A DNA stretch of 64,000 nt from Cyanophora paradoxa CCMP329 (taxonomy: Eukaryota > Plantae > Glaucophyta). Positions 1-11,700 of the stretch are shown here, piece after piece. The DNA lies in NCBI GenBank assembly GCA_004431415.1, contig QPMI01000444.1, positions 62,001-126,000 of the forward strand. The letters run 5' to 3'. How positions within the stretch are numbered: position 1 is the stretch's first letter; every line of letters starts with the position of its first letter. The position numbers were made by a program, and so were the translations under genes. The notes beneath the pieces were generated by a model. That model made no database searches, had not been told where the DNA came from, and saw only the letters and a program-made list of their open reading frames with translations.

Positions 1-649
1 ACGCAGGACCTCTCCGTATGGGATTATCATAGAGCTGGAGTCCTTGAAGCCCTCTCGACACTGTCGCGATCGATTTCGACATCGCTGACCGCTTGGAGCC
101 GTGTCCGAACCCTCGAACTACGCGTCCAATCTTCAGATCTCGATGCCAAGTTTTTCGAGCTCCCGGCTTCCTTTCTTACAGTGAGCTCAGAGCTCGAGGG
201 GCTTGTCTGTTTGCAGAGTCCAAAATATTTTGTTTCCTTATAAGCGACTCAGCCACATCCACGGCCGTGTGATCATGATGTACATTTTACCTCGAGCTCA
301 CACGTGCACGTGCGTTCGCAGCACATCGCATCCGACTTGAAAAATCTGCGGGAACTGGTCTTCGCTGGCGTGGCGCTGCCCCACCCACTGCCCGACAACG
401 TGGCAAAAGACTTGATTCGCCACGTGCACCTTCGCCGCCTTGGCATCCTCGGCTGCAGGTTCAGTTGTGATCAAGAAATAGAGAATGTGCGAAAGTCAAC
501 GCAAATTTGATATTACGCAAAGATTTGAAATTCGACTCAGTCCACGTCCGCAGTGGAAGCTAAAATTGCAGGAGCTGAAGGACACCCTGCGCCCCAACAT
601 TGAAGTCAATCCCAGTCCTGCACGACCTTGGTGGAGAGAAGGCCATTAG
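1..649 (+). CDS. 3' part of a spliced gene, possibly F-box/LRR-like; 5' end outside window
   Basis: Frame 1 is open to a GT donor at 181. After an acceptor near 322 the exon reads HIASDLKNLRELVF...LRRLGI (LRR-like spacing). A second intron ~487-571 precedes the last exon ELKDTLRPNIEVNPSPARPWWREGH*, with TAG at 647-649. Confidence 0.4.
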
Positions 650-1929
650 GTGTGTGGCTGTCCTGTCAGTAAATTCAAAATGCGATTCAAGCCCAAACTT
701 TTGGACCTTAATTATAAGCTTAAGCTTGGTACCCGTTTCCGAGTCGGGGATCACGATGGGAATCATGGGGGGCCTAGTGACAGATTTTATTTCCGACATG
801 GCTTTGATTTCCCGAAAAGAGCATTTGATTTCCCGAAAATTGAAAAAAAAGCTTTCCCTGCTTCCCTGCGCTGCTCACAATTGCAATTTCCTTGCGCTGC
901 TCACAATCTAATTTAATTCCTCTGCGCTGCTACAACTTCGAATTCGAGTCAAAAGCCTTCCAATTCGAAGCACACAATTATGAATAGAGACTATTAATTA
1001 ATTCTAATTGCAGTGCCCCTGCGCGCGGCGACCCATCTAATAGTAGGAGTGGCCCCTTTGCCATGGGTCTACGGGCTTTGCCAGATTTGTGTTATTAAAC
1101 GGGGGCTTAAAACCAAAACGCGCCACGGTCACGTTTCACGGCATCTCGGACCGTGCAGCACACCGGTACCATGCCGCGCTCGAGCTCACACGCTCGTACA
1201 TATTATGTTCTGGAGACGACTTCGTAGACTACAGCTAAAGAACCAGCTCGACATGACTACTAGCTGTCACTCTCTGCAGCATCCCAGTATCCGGGGCGCG
1301 GTGTCCAGTATCCTTCTAGAATCTGTGCCCTAGGGGAGGCACGGGACCGTCGGACTGAGTCAAGTCAAGTCCCAACCAACCGTCGGACTACGGGAGGCCC
1401 AACCGAGTCAAGTCTGGTCTGCAATAAGAGAAGGCGCCGGCTTAGGATGCGTTAGTGCAATGGTCCCACAGGTCGTTAGTGCAAGCAGACTGCTCTTTTG
1501 TATATATATACAGGGCCAGGGGCATTCACACGACTGTGGCCGGTACCGGTAATTCATCAAAAAACATTCACACGACTAAATTAAATACGAAATGAGGCCT
1601 GTAAGAGGAAGTCGTACGAACTGTATACATTTTGTATGAAGAACTCAATTCTACTGACGTCGATGTCGGAGGCCTAGGGGCATTAGGGAAGGGGGGATAA
1701 GGGAGGGATCGAGGGCACGGCCCGGGCCTGCTGCTCCTGGGCCGTCGGTTTATCGCCCCAGAGGGGCCGCCAGAGGGCCTAGTGGGTACGCCAGAGGGGG
1801 CCTCCTCCGGATCAATGTCCAGATCGGAATGGAACCCGCCTCTCGCGGCTCAATTTTTGCCCGCGACACGTTTTCTCCAAATTTGAATTTGAGCGAAAAT
1901 TCCGACGCCGGCCCCGGGGGAGCTTGCGC

Positions 1930-2336
1930 TCAGCGCTTGAGGTGGACGACGCGGTGGATGGCGAGGCCCTTGAAGAGCTCGAAGGCCGCGAGGAAGACCG
2001 CCAGCCACCTGCCCGAGGCGAAGAGGGCGTCACGAAGCGGAGCCGGCCGGATCCGACCCGGGGGCGCACAGGAGGTTGAGGTAGCGGTTGTCGTAGCTGT
2101 AGCCGAAGCTCGCCACGGCGTCCTCCCCCGCCCGGAAGCAGGCACCCCTCGCGTGCACCCTGGCCACGGGCGGCCTCTCAGCGGAGGAGGAGCGGCGGGG
2201 TAGGGGTGGGCCGGGCGCACTCGAGGGGGCAGCCCTCGAAGCGGAGGCCCTGCATCTCGTTGGCGACCAGGCTCTCCAGAAGGTAGTGCAGGGGGAACTT
2301 CGGAAGAAGTAGTACGCCCATGGCCAGATCCACCCC
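1930..2336 (-). pseudogene. Orphan C-terminal fragment of an ABCG/PDR-type ABC transporter, frameshifted
   Basis: Spliced pieces GWIW(PW)AYYFF/PLHYLLESLVANEMQGLRFEGCP...GEDAVASFGYSYDNRYLNLL...LAIHRVVHLKR* resemble the ABCG membrane-domain C-terminus. An 8-nt insertion within 2295-2305 shifts the frame. There is no room for an NBD before the HECT gene stop at 2761. Confidence 0.7.
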
Positions 2337-2760
2337 CTGCGCACGCCTTCCCTTCGGTCGGTCGGGTCCAGCCACAGGCCTTCTTCTCGTGCCATGTCAA
2401 ACGCTACTGATTGAGCCCAGCGCTAGCTGCAGCGGACGTCAGCGTGAACGCTCTGAAAGCCGACGCTCTTGTCCAGTGGCTAGCTTTTAACATACAGCTA
2501 GGGCGGACGCCACTCTTGTAGCTGTATATTAGTAGTCATATAGGACGCCACGGAGCTTGAAGGGGCACGTGTGCCGCGAGAGGGGGCACGGGAGGGGGGC
2601 GGGGGCGAGTCGAAGACCCAGCTATAGGTATTGCACTTCACAGCTGCACCCCACAGTTCAAAAGCCTTCAATATTCAATATTAATTCAAAGTGAGCTCAC
2701 TACGAACTCCAACTAGCACTAGCTAGATGAAACTGGGCGCCCCCGGGCGGCGGCCCTCGC

Positions 2761-5700
2761 CTACACGGTGCCCATGTCGCGGCAGTAGGTGACGGCGTAC
2801 CAGATCTTCGAGCGCGCGACCGCCAGCGACGAGTACCGCGGCAGGTCCAGCTGCGGGGCGGGCGGGGTCAGGCCGGAGGGGGCGGGGGCCGGGGGGCGCG
2901 CGCCTGGAAGAAGCAGGTGTGGGCGCGGGGGAGGGCCATGTCCTCGCCCCCCGCCGCGACGTCCATGAGGGCGACGGTGAAGGGCCGCGGCCACTCCGCC
3001 TCGCTCGGCGGCAGCCGCGAGCGGCCCCACACGAACCGCAGGAAGAGCTGCCCGCGCGGCGCTCAAGAGGGGGAAGAGAACATGGAGATTGGCTGGGGCA
3101 AGCGAACCTCGCGCTCGTGGGGGGTGAAGCCGCGGAGGACCTCCCAGAGGTACTGCACCGAGGCGTCCTCCGCCCGGAAGCCCCCCGAGTAGGCCGTGTG
3201 CCGCTGCCGGGAGCGTCAGGCGGGGCGGAGGGGAGCGGTGGCGGCGCGACGGGCCTGGAGGCGGTCGAGGTCGACGTCAGCCTCGCCGCAGACGGCCGCC
3301 GCGAGCTCCGCGCCCGTGTGCGCGGCCACCGCCCCGGCCCCCACCACCGCCGCCAGGCCCCGCCGCATCGCCTCCACCTGCCCCGCCCGTGAGCAAGGCA
3401 GGAGAGGACGTATGCGGAGGGCGCGCCTGGGGCCCGAACTCGTCGCGGAGGCGCAGCGACTCGAGCGCGGCGGCGACGGCGCGGCGGGCCTCGGGCCCCG
3501 CCGCCCGCCCTCCAGCTCCGCCCGGTGCGCGGGCGCCACGCGCTCCCACAGGTCCACGCGCGTCCCGTCGCTCAGCGGGTACACCCGCGGCGGCGCCCGC
3601 GGCGCCTCCTCCCCCGCTGACGACGCTGCGGGGAGCTCAGCCGGAGGGGCGGCCGAGGGCGACGCGAGGCGGGGCGGGGCGGGGCGCACGGGAGGGGCGT
3701 CGGAGCTGCTCGACGGAGGCGTGGCAGAGGCTGTCGAAGGAGCGGAGGTCGGCCGCCGCGAGGGGCTCCTGCACCAGCGCCCGCCACACCGCCGACGGCA
3801 GCCGCAGCGGCAGCTGTGCGCGCGCCGCACGGGAGCCTCAGAGAGCAGAGCAGAGCAGAGGGAAGAGGGGAGGGGCGGGCCTGGACGGCGGTGCGGAGTG
3901 CGAGGCCCATGACGCGGCCGACGAACTCGAAGAGGGCGAGGTGGGCGGGGCCGCGGGCGGCGGCCCGCGGGAGGACCTCGTCCTGGCCCGTGCCGACCTG
4001 GGCCCGCGCGTTGGGCGTCGGGGCGAAGAGCGGGAGCCAGTCCGAGTTGAGCTCGTCGGCGACGAGGCTGACAGTCTCGCGGAAGAGGCCGCCCATGTCG
4101 ACCCCCTCCTCCCCGGCCGCCGTGTAGTTCGTGTGCCACGCCTGGTCCCCCGTCACCTGCAAGCGAGGCGTCGGAACGGGGGGTACGAGATCAGGGGAGG
4201 GGCGGGGGTGGCGGGGGGCACGTGGAAGTCGCGCGGGTCGCGGCCGGCGAGCTGCGTGAAGAGCTGCCCGAACACCGACTCGAAGAGGGCCTCGGGGAGG
4301 GCCGCCGGGGCGGGCGGCCACGCCTCCGCCCCCTCCTCGCCGCCGGCCCCGGCCCCGAGGCGGGCGGCGCTGGCGGCGGCGGCGGCGGCCGGCTCGGCGG
4401 AGGAGAGGGCGAGGCGGGCGCCGAGGGCGCGCCGCTTGTCGACGGCGACGGAGAGGCGCTGCCGCACGTACGGCCCGTCGCTGTCCGGCGCCGCCGCGAA
4501 GGGAGGCGGGATCGACGGCGAGGGCCGCGCGGCGGCAAGCGCCGGCCGCAGCACGTTGCCCCGCTTGTCGGGGATGGCGGGGCGGAGCCGCAGCAGCAGC
4601 TCGGCGAGCGAGGGCGGCCCGGCGCCGGGGCCGGCGCCGGGGGCGTCGCGCTCGAGGCGGGCGGCGGCGGCGGGAGGTCGAGGGCCGGCGCGCAGTCGCG
4701 CACCAGGCGCCCAAGCCCGAGCAGCACCGCCGCCCGCCCCGCGATCCCCTCCGCCGTCATTGCGCCCTCGCCCGCCCCGCGCCGGCCGCGAGGGCCAGGG
4801 CCGCCGGCTCGCCGCCGACGAGCGGGGCGAGGCGGTGCGGTGCGAAGAGGGCGAGGCGCCGCAGCTCCTCGCAGAGGTCCGCGGCAGGCCCCGCCGGCGC
4901 GGCCGGCGAGGACGCGGCGGCGGCGGCCGGGGCGTCGGGGCCCTCGAGGAGGCGCGGGGGGCCCGAGCGACCCCGAGGCGGTAGGGCCCGGGGCGCGCGT
5001 AGCCGTACCGCGCCGCCAGCGCGGCGCCGCGGCTCGGGTGCGGGGCGGCTGGGGCGGCAGGCCGGCGGCGGCGGGGGCGCCGAAGAGGGAGGGGAGCTCG
5101 CCGCGGGAGGCGGCGCCGTCGAGCAGCGCCCGCAGCTCCGCGTCCATCGCCCCCGTCCAGCGCTCGTTCCCCAGCGGCGCGCGCGCCGCCAGCAGCGCCC
5201 CCAGCGCCGGCCGCAGGGGCGCCCCGGGGGGCAGCCCCAGGGCCTCCCGCCCGCCCCGCCCCAGGTGCTCCAGGAACGCAGCCGGGAGCGCTGCACCGGG
5301 CCAGGTCAGGGCGGGGGGATCGAGGTGAGGGGGGAGGGGAGGGATGGAGGGGTACACGCACGGGAGCGCTCGGCGAGGGAGAGGAGGACGTCGCGCAGGA
5401 GGCGGAGCCGCTCGAGGGCGGGGCCGGGCGGGGCAGGGCCTCCGGCGGGGCGGGCGAGCCGGCCGGCGCGGGTGCGTCCGGCGAGGAGGACGAGGGCGCC
5501 GCCCGCGGGGGCGTTGGGGGCAGCCGGCTCCCCTCGCCCGCTGCGTCGGCGGCCCCGGACCCGAGGCGGAGCCCGAGCCCCCGCGCCTGCGAAGAGGGTC
5601 AAGAAGGGGGAAGAAGCCGCGGGGGGGTAGGGGGCGCGGACGGAGGCCAGGGTGCGGTGGAGGCGGGCGCGGGCGGCGGAGAGGGCGTGGCGCAGCCGCT

Positions 5701-8700
5701 CGACCTCGGCCTGCACCCCCGCCATCTCCTCCTCCGCCGACGCCGAGGAGGGGCCGGAGGCGGAGGCCGAGGAGGGGGCGGGGAGGGGCGGGAGCGGGGG
5801 CAGGGACGGCGGGAGCGGCACGAAGGCGCCGTCTTGGAAGACGAAGGCCATGTGGCCGCCCCCGCCCCCGCCCTCGCCCTCGGACTGGGAGGAGGAGGAG
5901 GAGGACGAGGAGGCCGAGTCGTCGGCCCCGTCCTCCATCTCCACGTCCGAGGGCGGCGCCGGCGGGCCCCAGCGCCCCCGCGCCGCCGCCCGCGCCGCCG
6001 CCCGCACCGCCGCCAGCTCCAGAACCCTCTGTCCCCCACCCCCGGCCGCTGGGCGTGCGCAATCACCGTCACCCGCCCCGGCTCCGCGAGGGGCGCCGCC
6101 GGCGCCGAGGCGGCCGCTGCCTCCGGCGCCGGCGGCGCAACCGGCGGGGCCGCCGCCGCCGCGTCGCCGGCCAGGGGGCCCACGCGGCGCCGCTTCGAGT
6201 CGCGCGGGGCCGGCGCCTCCGCTGCGGAGGCGGCCGCCGGCGACGACGGCCGCTCGGACGAGCCCGCCGCGGCCGGCGGCTGCGCAGCCGCCGGCGCCTG
6301 GGCGGGGGACAGCGGCTGGGAGGTCGCCCGCAGGAGCGGCGCCTTGAGCCTGGCGCCCCGGCGGGTCAGCGGGGGCGGGGGCGGGGGACCGGGCCGGGGC
6401 GGCGGGCACCGGAGGCGGGAGGCGCGCGGGGAGGCGGAGGGGCGGGTCACCTCCTGCGCCGCCGGGGCCGCCGGGGCCTCGGGCTCTGCGGAGGGCGTCA
6501 GAGCTCGCTCGCCGCAGGCAGGCGGGGGCGGCCGCACCGGGGAGGCCAGCGGCGCGCCAGGCGGCGCGGGCGGCGGTGACGGCGGTGAGGAGCTCGAGGG
6601 CGGGGCGGCGAGGGGGGCAGGGGCCCCGCGGCGGCGAACGAGGGGCGTCCGGGGAGGAGGGCTCGAGGAGGGAGCCGGGCGGGCCGCCGGCGCAGCACGC
6701 GTTGGCGAAGCGCACGAGGGCCGCCTCGAGGGGCTGCAGCGCCGGCGCCGCGCCGCCCTCCGCCGCGCAGCGCTCCCCGATGGCGGGGGCCCGCCGGAGG
6801 AGGGCGGCGAGGAGGCGCGCGGCCGCCTCCTTGTACGTCCCCTGCGCGACGGAGACGGCCGCGGCGAGGCACGCCACCGCCTCGCGCGTGAGGAGCGGGG
6901 CGGCGGCGGCCCCGCCGGCCTCGAGGAGGGCGGAGAGGAGGGAGAGGGGGCGGAGGGCGGGGGCGGGGCGGGGCGGGCGGGGCCGGGGCGGCGAGGGCGA
7001 GCTCGACGCGGGCGGAGACGTCGGCCGTGTACGCGAGCTCCGCGTCCTGCTCCGCCACGCTGAAGAAGAGCTCCGGCGCCCGCGCCGCCGTGTGCAGCGG
7101 GACGCGCGCCGGGCCCCAGCCGCCCCGCGCCGTCAGCAGCCCGCCCTCCACCGCGTGCAGCGCCTCGCTGCGAGCGAAGTCAGCTGGGAAAGGGCGGGGG
7201 AGGGCGGAGGTCGGCGCGGGCACCAGTCCCGAGTGACGCGGACCTCCTCGGCCGGGGTCTCGGCCCCGTGGGCCGGGCGCGGGCGCACCCAGACGGACGC
7301 GATGACGCGCTCGACGCGCGGCAGGGGCGCCGCGGCGCCCGACGCCGGGGCGGGGAGGCGGAGGCAGGAGGGGAGGGGGCGGGGCAGGCGGAGGGCGACG
7401 GGGAACGAGAGGCGGGCGCGCAGCTCGCCGTCGATGGCGGCGCTGCTCGCCGCGCCGGCCGCCAGCGAGCTGAGCGCCGTCGCCGCCGCCAGCTGCGCCG
7501 CCCCGGCGGGCCCCGCGCGAGCCACGCGGCGAGGCGGGCGGCGAGGCGGGGCGCGGGGCCGGCGGGGTCGGCGAGGGGCCCCTCGGCGAGGGCGAGGAGG
7601 CGGAGGAGGCGCCGGACGGCGGCGGGCGAGGAGGCGGCCGCCGCGAGCCACGCGGGGCTCTCCTGCTCCTCCACAGAGGAGGAGGAGGCGGGGGCGGGCT
7701 CGGGCAGGGCGGACTCGAGGAGGGCGACGCAGGCGGCGGCGGCCGCGAGGGACGCCGTCGCTAGACACGCCTTCCGCGCTGCGCGGGGGGCGTGAGGAGG
7801 GGCGCGAGAGCGGGAGGGAGGAAGAGGGGGCGGACAGCGGCCGAGGATGGTGGCCTCGCCCCGCTCCTTGTCCACCAGCTCGAGGAGGCTCGCCGCCTCG
7901 CCCGGCTCGCGCGGCCCGACCCCGCGCCCCTCCCGCCCGCCCCGCGCCGCCCGCCGCCGCGCCCGCCGCCGCGCCGCCCGCAGCGCCCGCCGCCGACGCA
8001 TGCGCCGGATGTCCTGCTGCGGGGGAGTGAGTTCTGGACCGGAGAGGAGGGGGGGGAAAGAGGGATGGGGGTACACCTCCTCGAGGGCGGCGTCGAGGCC
8101 CGGGTCGTCGCTCTCGAGGTCGTCGGCGAAGGGCCCGGCGCCGGGGCCGGCGGGGTCGGCCCCGAGCGCGGCCGCCGCGCCCGCGGGCCGCCGCCAGCTC
8201 CGCCGCCGAGGGCCACAGCGCGAGCGCCGTGAAGTGGCGCGCGGCGGCGGGGCCGCCCCGCGCGAGCAGGCGGAAGGCGAGCGGGCCGGCGGCCCCGGCG
8301 GCGCCGGGCTCGGCGCGGGCGCGCTCGATGTCGGCGGGGGCGAAGCCGGCCAGCATCGCCTCGACCGCCTCCTCCGCCTCCGCCTCCGCCGCCTCCGAGG
8401 GCGCCGGCCCCGCGTCCGCCCCCGCCCCCGCGGCCGCCCCCGCCTCAGAAGCCGGGGGCGGGAAGTCGGCGTGGGGCGTGCCGATGTAGTCGAGGGTGCC
8501 GAGGAGGGCCGAGTCGGCCTCGGGCTCGGCCAGGAAGATGGGGACGGGGACGTCGCCCAGCGCCTCCAGCACCGCCGCCGCGCTCGCCTCGGGCCCCGCG
8601 CCCCCGGCCCCCGGCGGCGTCGGCGGCGACGGGGCGTAGGGCGGCGAGTCGGGCGTGTGGCGGAAGCCCCCCGGGGAGAATGGCGGGGGGGAGACGTCGC

Positions 8701-11700
8701 CTTCTGAGTCTAGGTCGGGGGCGGGGCCCCGCCCGGGGCCCCGCCTGAACGTTGCGAAGAGGGAGGGCAGGATGTCCGAGACCCTGCGCGGGGAGCTTGA
8801 ACGTCGGGAGAAAGAGAGAGAGAGAGGGGGGGAGGAGCGCACAGGTCCAGCGGGGAGAGGCGCAGGACGATCCCGCTGGCGCCGGCGCGCACCGCCGCGC
8901 GGATGCGCTCCGCCGTCCGCGCCGCCTCTGACACCGGCGCCGACGCCGGCGCCGGCGCCGGGACCACGGTAGGGGCCGAGGCCGCGGCGGGACCGACCGC
9001 GGGGCCGGCCCCGAGGGGGCGCGGGGGCGGCTCCGGGGAAGCCTCGCGCCGCGCGCGCTTGGCGCGGTGCCGGGCCGAGGAGCGGCGGGCGGCCGGCGCC
9101 GTCGGCTCCGGCGCGGACGGCTCCGGCGCCTGAGGCATCTCCTCCTCAGCGACCGCCGGCGCGGCTGCGGAGGCAGACGCCTCCGCCTGCGCCTGCGGCG
9201 CGCGCGCGGCCGGCAAGAAGGGGATGACTGCGGGCGGGGGAGGGGGTCAGCGGCGGGCCGAACGAGCGACCCGCAAGGAAGGGGGGCGGCACCGCAGAGG
9301 AAGGGGTCCCGTGCGGGGCCCGCCGCGGCGCCGTCGAAGGCGTCGGGCAGGAGGGCCGTCACGATGGGGCGCGGCCGCCAGAGCTCCGCCGGCGGCGCCG
9401 CGGGGGCGGGGCGGGGCCAGGCGAGGACCTTAAGGGGCACGCGCTGGGCGGCGAGGCGGCCGCGCAGGCCGACGTGCAGGGCGGCGCGGCGGGGGGCGCC
9501 TCGGAGGCGGGGGCGGAGGAGGGGGCGTCGCCGGGGCGGGGAGGAGGCAGGCGACGTCGGCGGAGAAGGAGGCGGAGCAGACGGTCCAAAGGGCGACGTC
9601 GAGGCGGTGGGCCTCCAGGCGGGCCCGCGCGAGGGGCGCCGCCGGCTCCGAGGCCTGCCCCGCCGCCCGCAGCAGCGCCGCGAAGAGGCCCGAGGGCCCC
9701 GCGTCCGCCGCCACGCACGCCCGGAACGCCGCCGACGAGGTCGCGAGCCTGCGGGGCGGCCGGGTCAGGGCGGCCTGCGGGACGGGCCGGGGCGGGGCGC
9801 GCGAGTGGGCGGCGGAGGCGGCGATGTAGGCGAGCTTGGCGCGGATGGCGGCGACGCGCCCGGCCTCCTCGGAGCCGGCCGGCGTCGTGGCGGCGGCGGC
9901 GGCGGCGGCGGCGCGGGCGGCCTCGTCGGAGCCCTGGCGCAGGAGGGCGGCGAGGTGCCCCGCGAGCTCCCCCATCTCCTCGGGGCCCAGCACCGCCTCC
10001 GCCTGCGCGGCGGGCCCTTAGGAGGGGCGGCGGGCGGGGCGGGGGAGGAGGACTCGGGAGGGGGCGCACGTCGAGCGGCTCGGGCTCGGAGGGACGCGGC
10101 AGGCGGCGATGAGCCCCGCCACGCACTCCATCGACGACCCGCCGCCGCCGCCGGCGCGGCTGCCCCCGCGCCCCGCGACCGGGAGCCGGCCGCAGCCTCG
10201 GGGGGCCCGCCAGCGGCTCGTCCCCTCCCCGTCGCTCGAGGCGTACCCGCCCTGCCCGGCGGGGGCCCCCGCCTCGCCGGCGGCGGCCGCGGCGCGCGCC
10301 GCCCGCGCCGAGTCGCTGAGGGCGCTCGTCGCCAGAAGCTGCGCCGTCGCGTCGTCCTGCGCGCAAGGCAGGGGTGAGGCGAGGCCGGAATCAGACCGAG
10401 CGGGCGGGGCGGGCCTGGAGGAGGTCGTCGACGTCGACGACGAGGGCCCGCGTCTCGCGCCCGCTGGGGGCCACCAGGCTCGCCTCCGCCCCGTAGTTCG
10501 GGTAGTCGGCCGGCCCCAGCGCGCACAGCAGCGTCGCCGCGGCCCGCAGGTCGGCGAGGCCCTCGGGGCTCACGTCGGCGCCGTCCCCGGGGCGCGAGAG
10601 GAGCGCGGCGGCGCGGCCGGCGAGGTCGAGGAGGAGGCGGCGGGCGGCGGCGCGCCAGGCGGGGCCCGAGGCGGTGAGGAGGGCGCGGAAGAGGCCGACG
10701 GCGCCCCAGGAGGCGACGCGCCACAGGATGAGCTCCTCCTTGGGCGTCGGCGTGCGGCACTCGGGCACGAGCTTCTCGAGCAGGCGCCGCGCGGCGACGG
10801 AGGCGCGGGGCGGGAGGAAGCGGCGCCCCGCCGCCCGCGCGAGGCCCTCGAGCTTCTCCGCCCCGAAGGCCGCCGGGTCCGCCACCGGCAGCGCCGCCTG
10901 AGCCGGAGTGAGAAGAGAGAAGAGGCGGAGAAGAAGGAAATGAAGCGGGGCGGGCCTGGAGGAGCTGGAAGATGACCCACTGGGTCTGCGCCTCGTAGTC
11001 CCGCAGGTCCCCGTTGTCCCCCGTGCTCTTCCCCGTCAGGTCCAGCAGCCGCAGCAGCGGCTCCAGCCGCGCTGCCGCGTGCGCCCGCCCCGCCGGGTGC
11101 AGCTGCGCCCCCAGGACGCGTCAAAACAACGAAGCCGCCCTCTAAACTATTACTCTGCGCCTCGCTCGGACCTGGGCGGCGCGGAGGGCGGCGGAGAGGA
11201 GGCGGATGGCGGCGCGCCAGAGGCGGGCCAGCGAGTGGGCGAGGCGGCCCGCCTCCGTGTGCCGCAACGCCTCCTGCCCCCGCCCCGTCAAAAGCTGAGG
11301 ACGGGGCCGGCTCTCTGATGGGGGCGGGCGGGCGGGCGGGCCTGGCGGGGGTCGGTGTGGTGCGCCGGGGGCCACTCGCCGTCGGGCGACTCCACCGGGA
11401 TGTCCTCCAGCTGCCCCGCCTGCCCGAGGCCTCAGGCGCCGAAATCGGGGCGGGGCGGGGCGGGGCGTGCCTCGGGGTGGGAGAGGGAGCGCTCGAGGGC
11501 CTCCATGACGAGCCCGAGGGCGTCGCCGCACGCCCCCAGCGCCCGCAGCGCCACCGCCAGGCCCTGCTTGTTGCCTCAGAGGGGGCGGCGCGGGAGGAGG
11601 GGAGGGGGAGGGGAGGGGGTATGCACCGGGGAGTCCGGGGCGGGCTCGGGGGAGGGCGGGCCCCCGCTCCCGGCCCCGGCCCCGGCGGCGGCGGCGGCGG

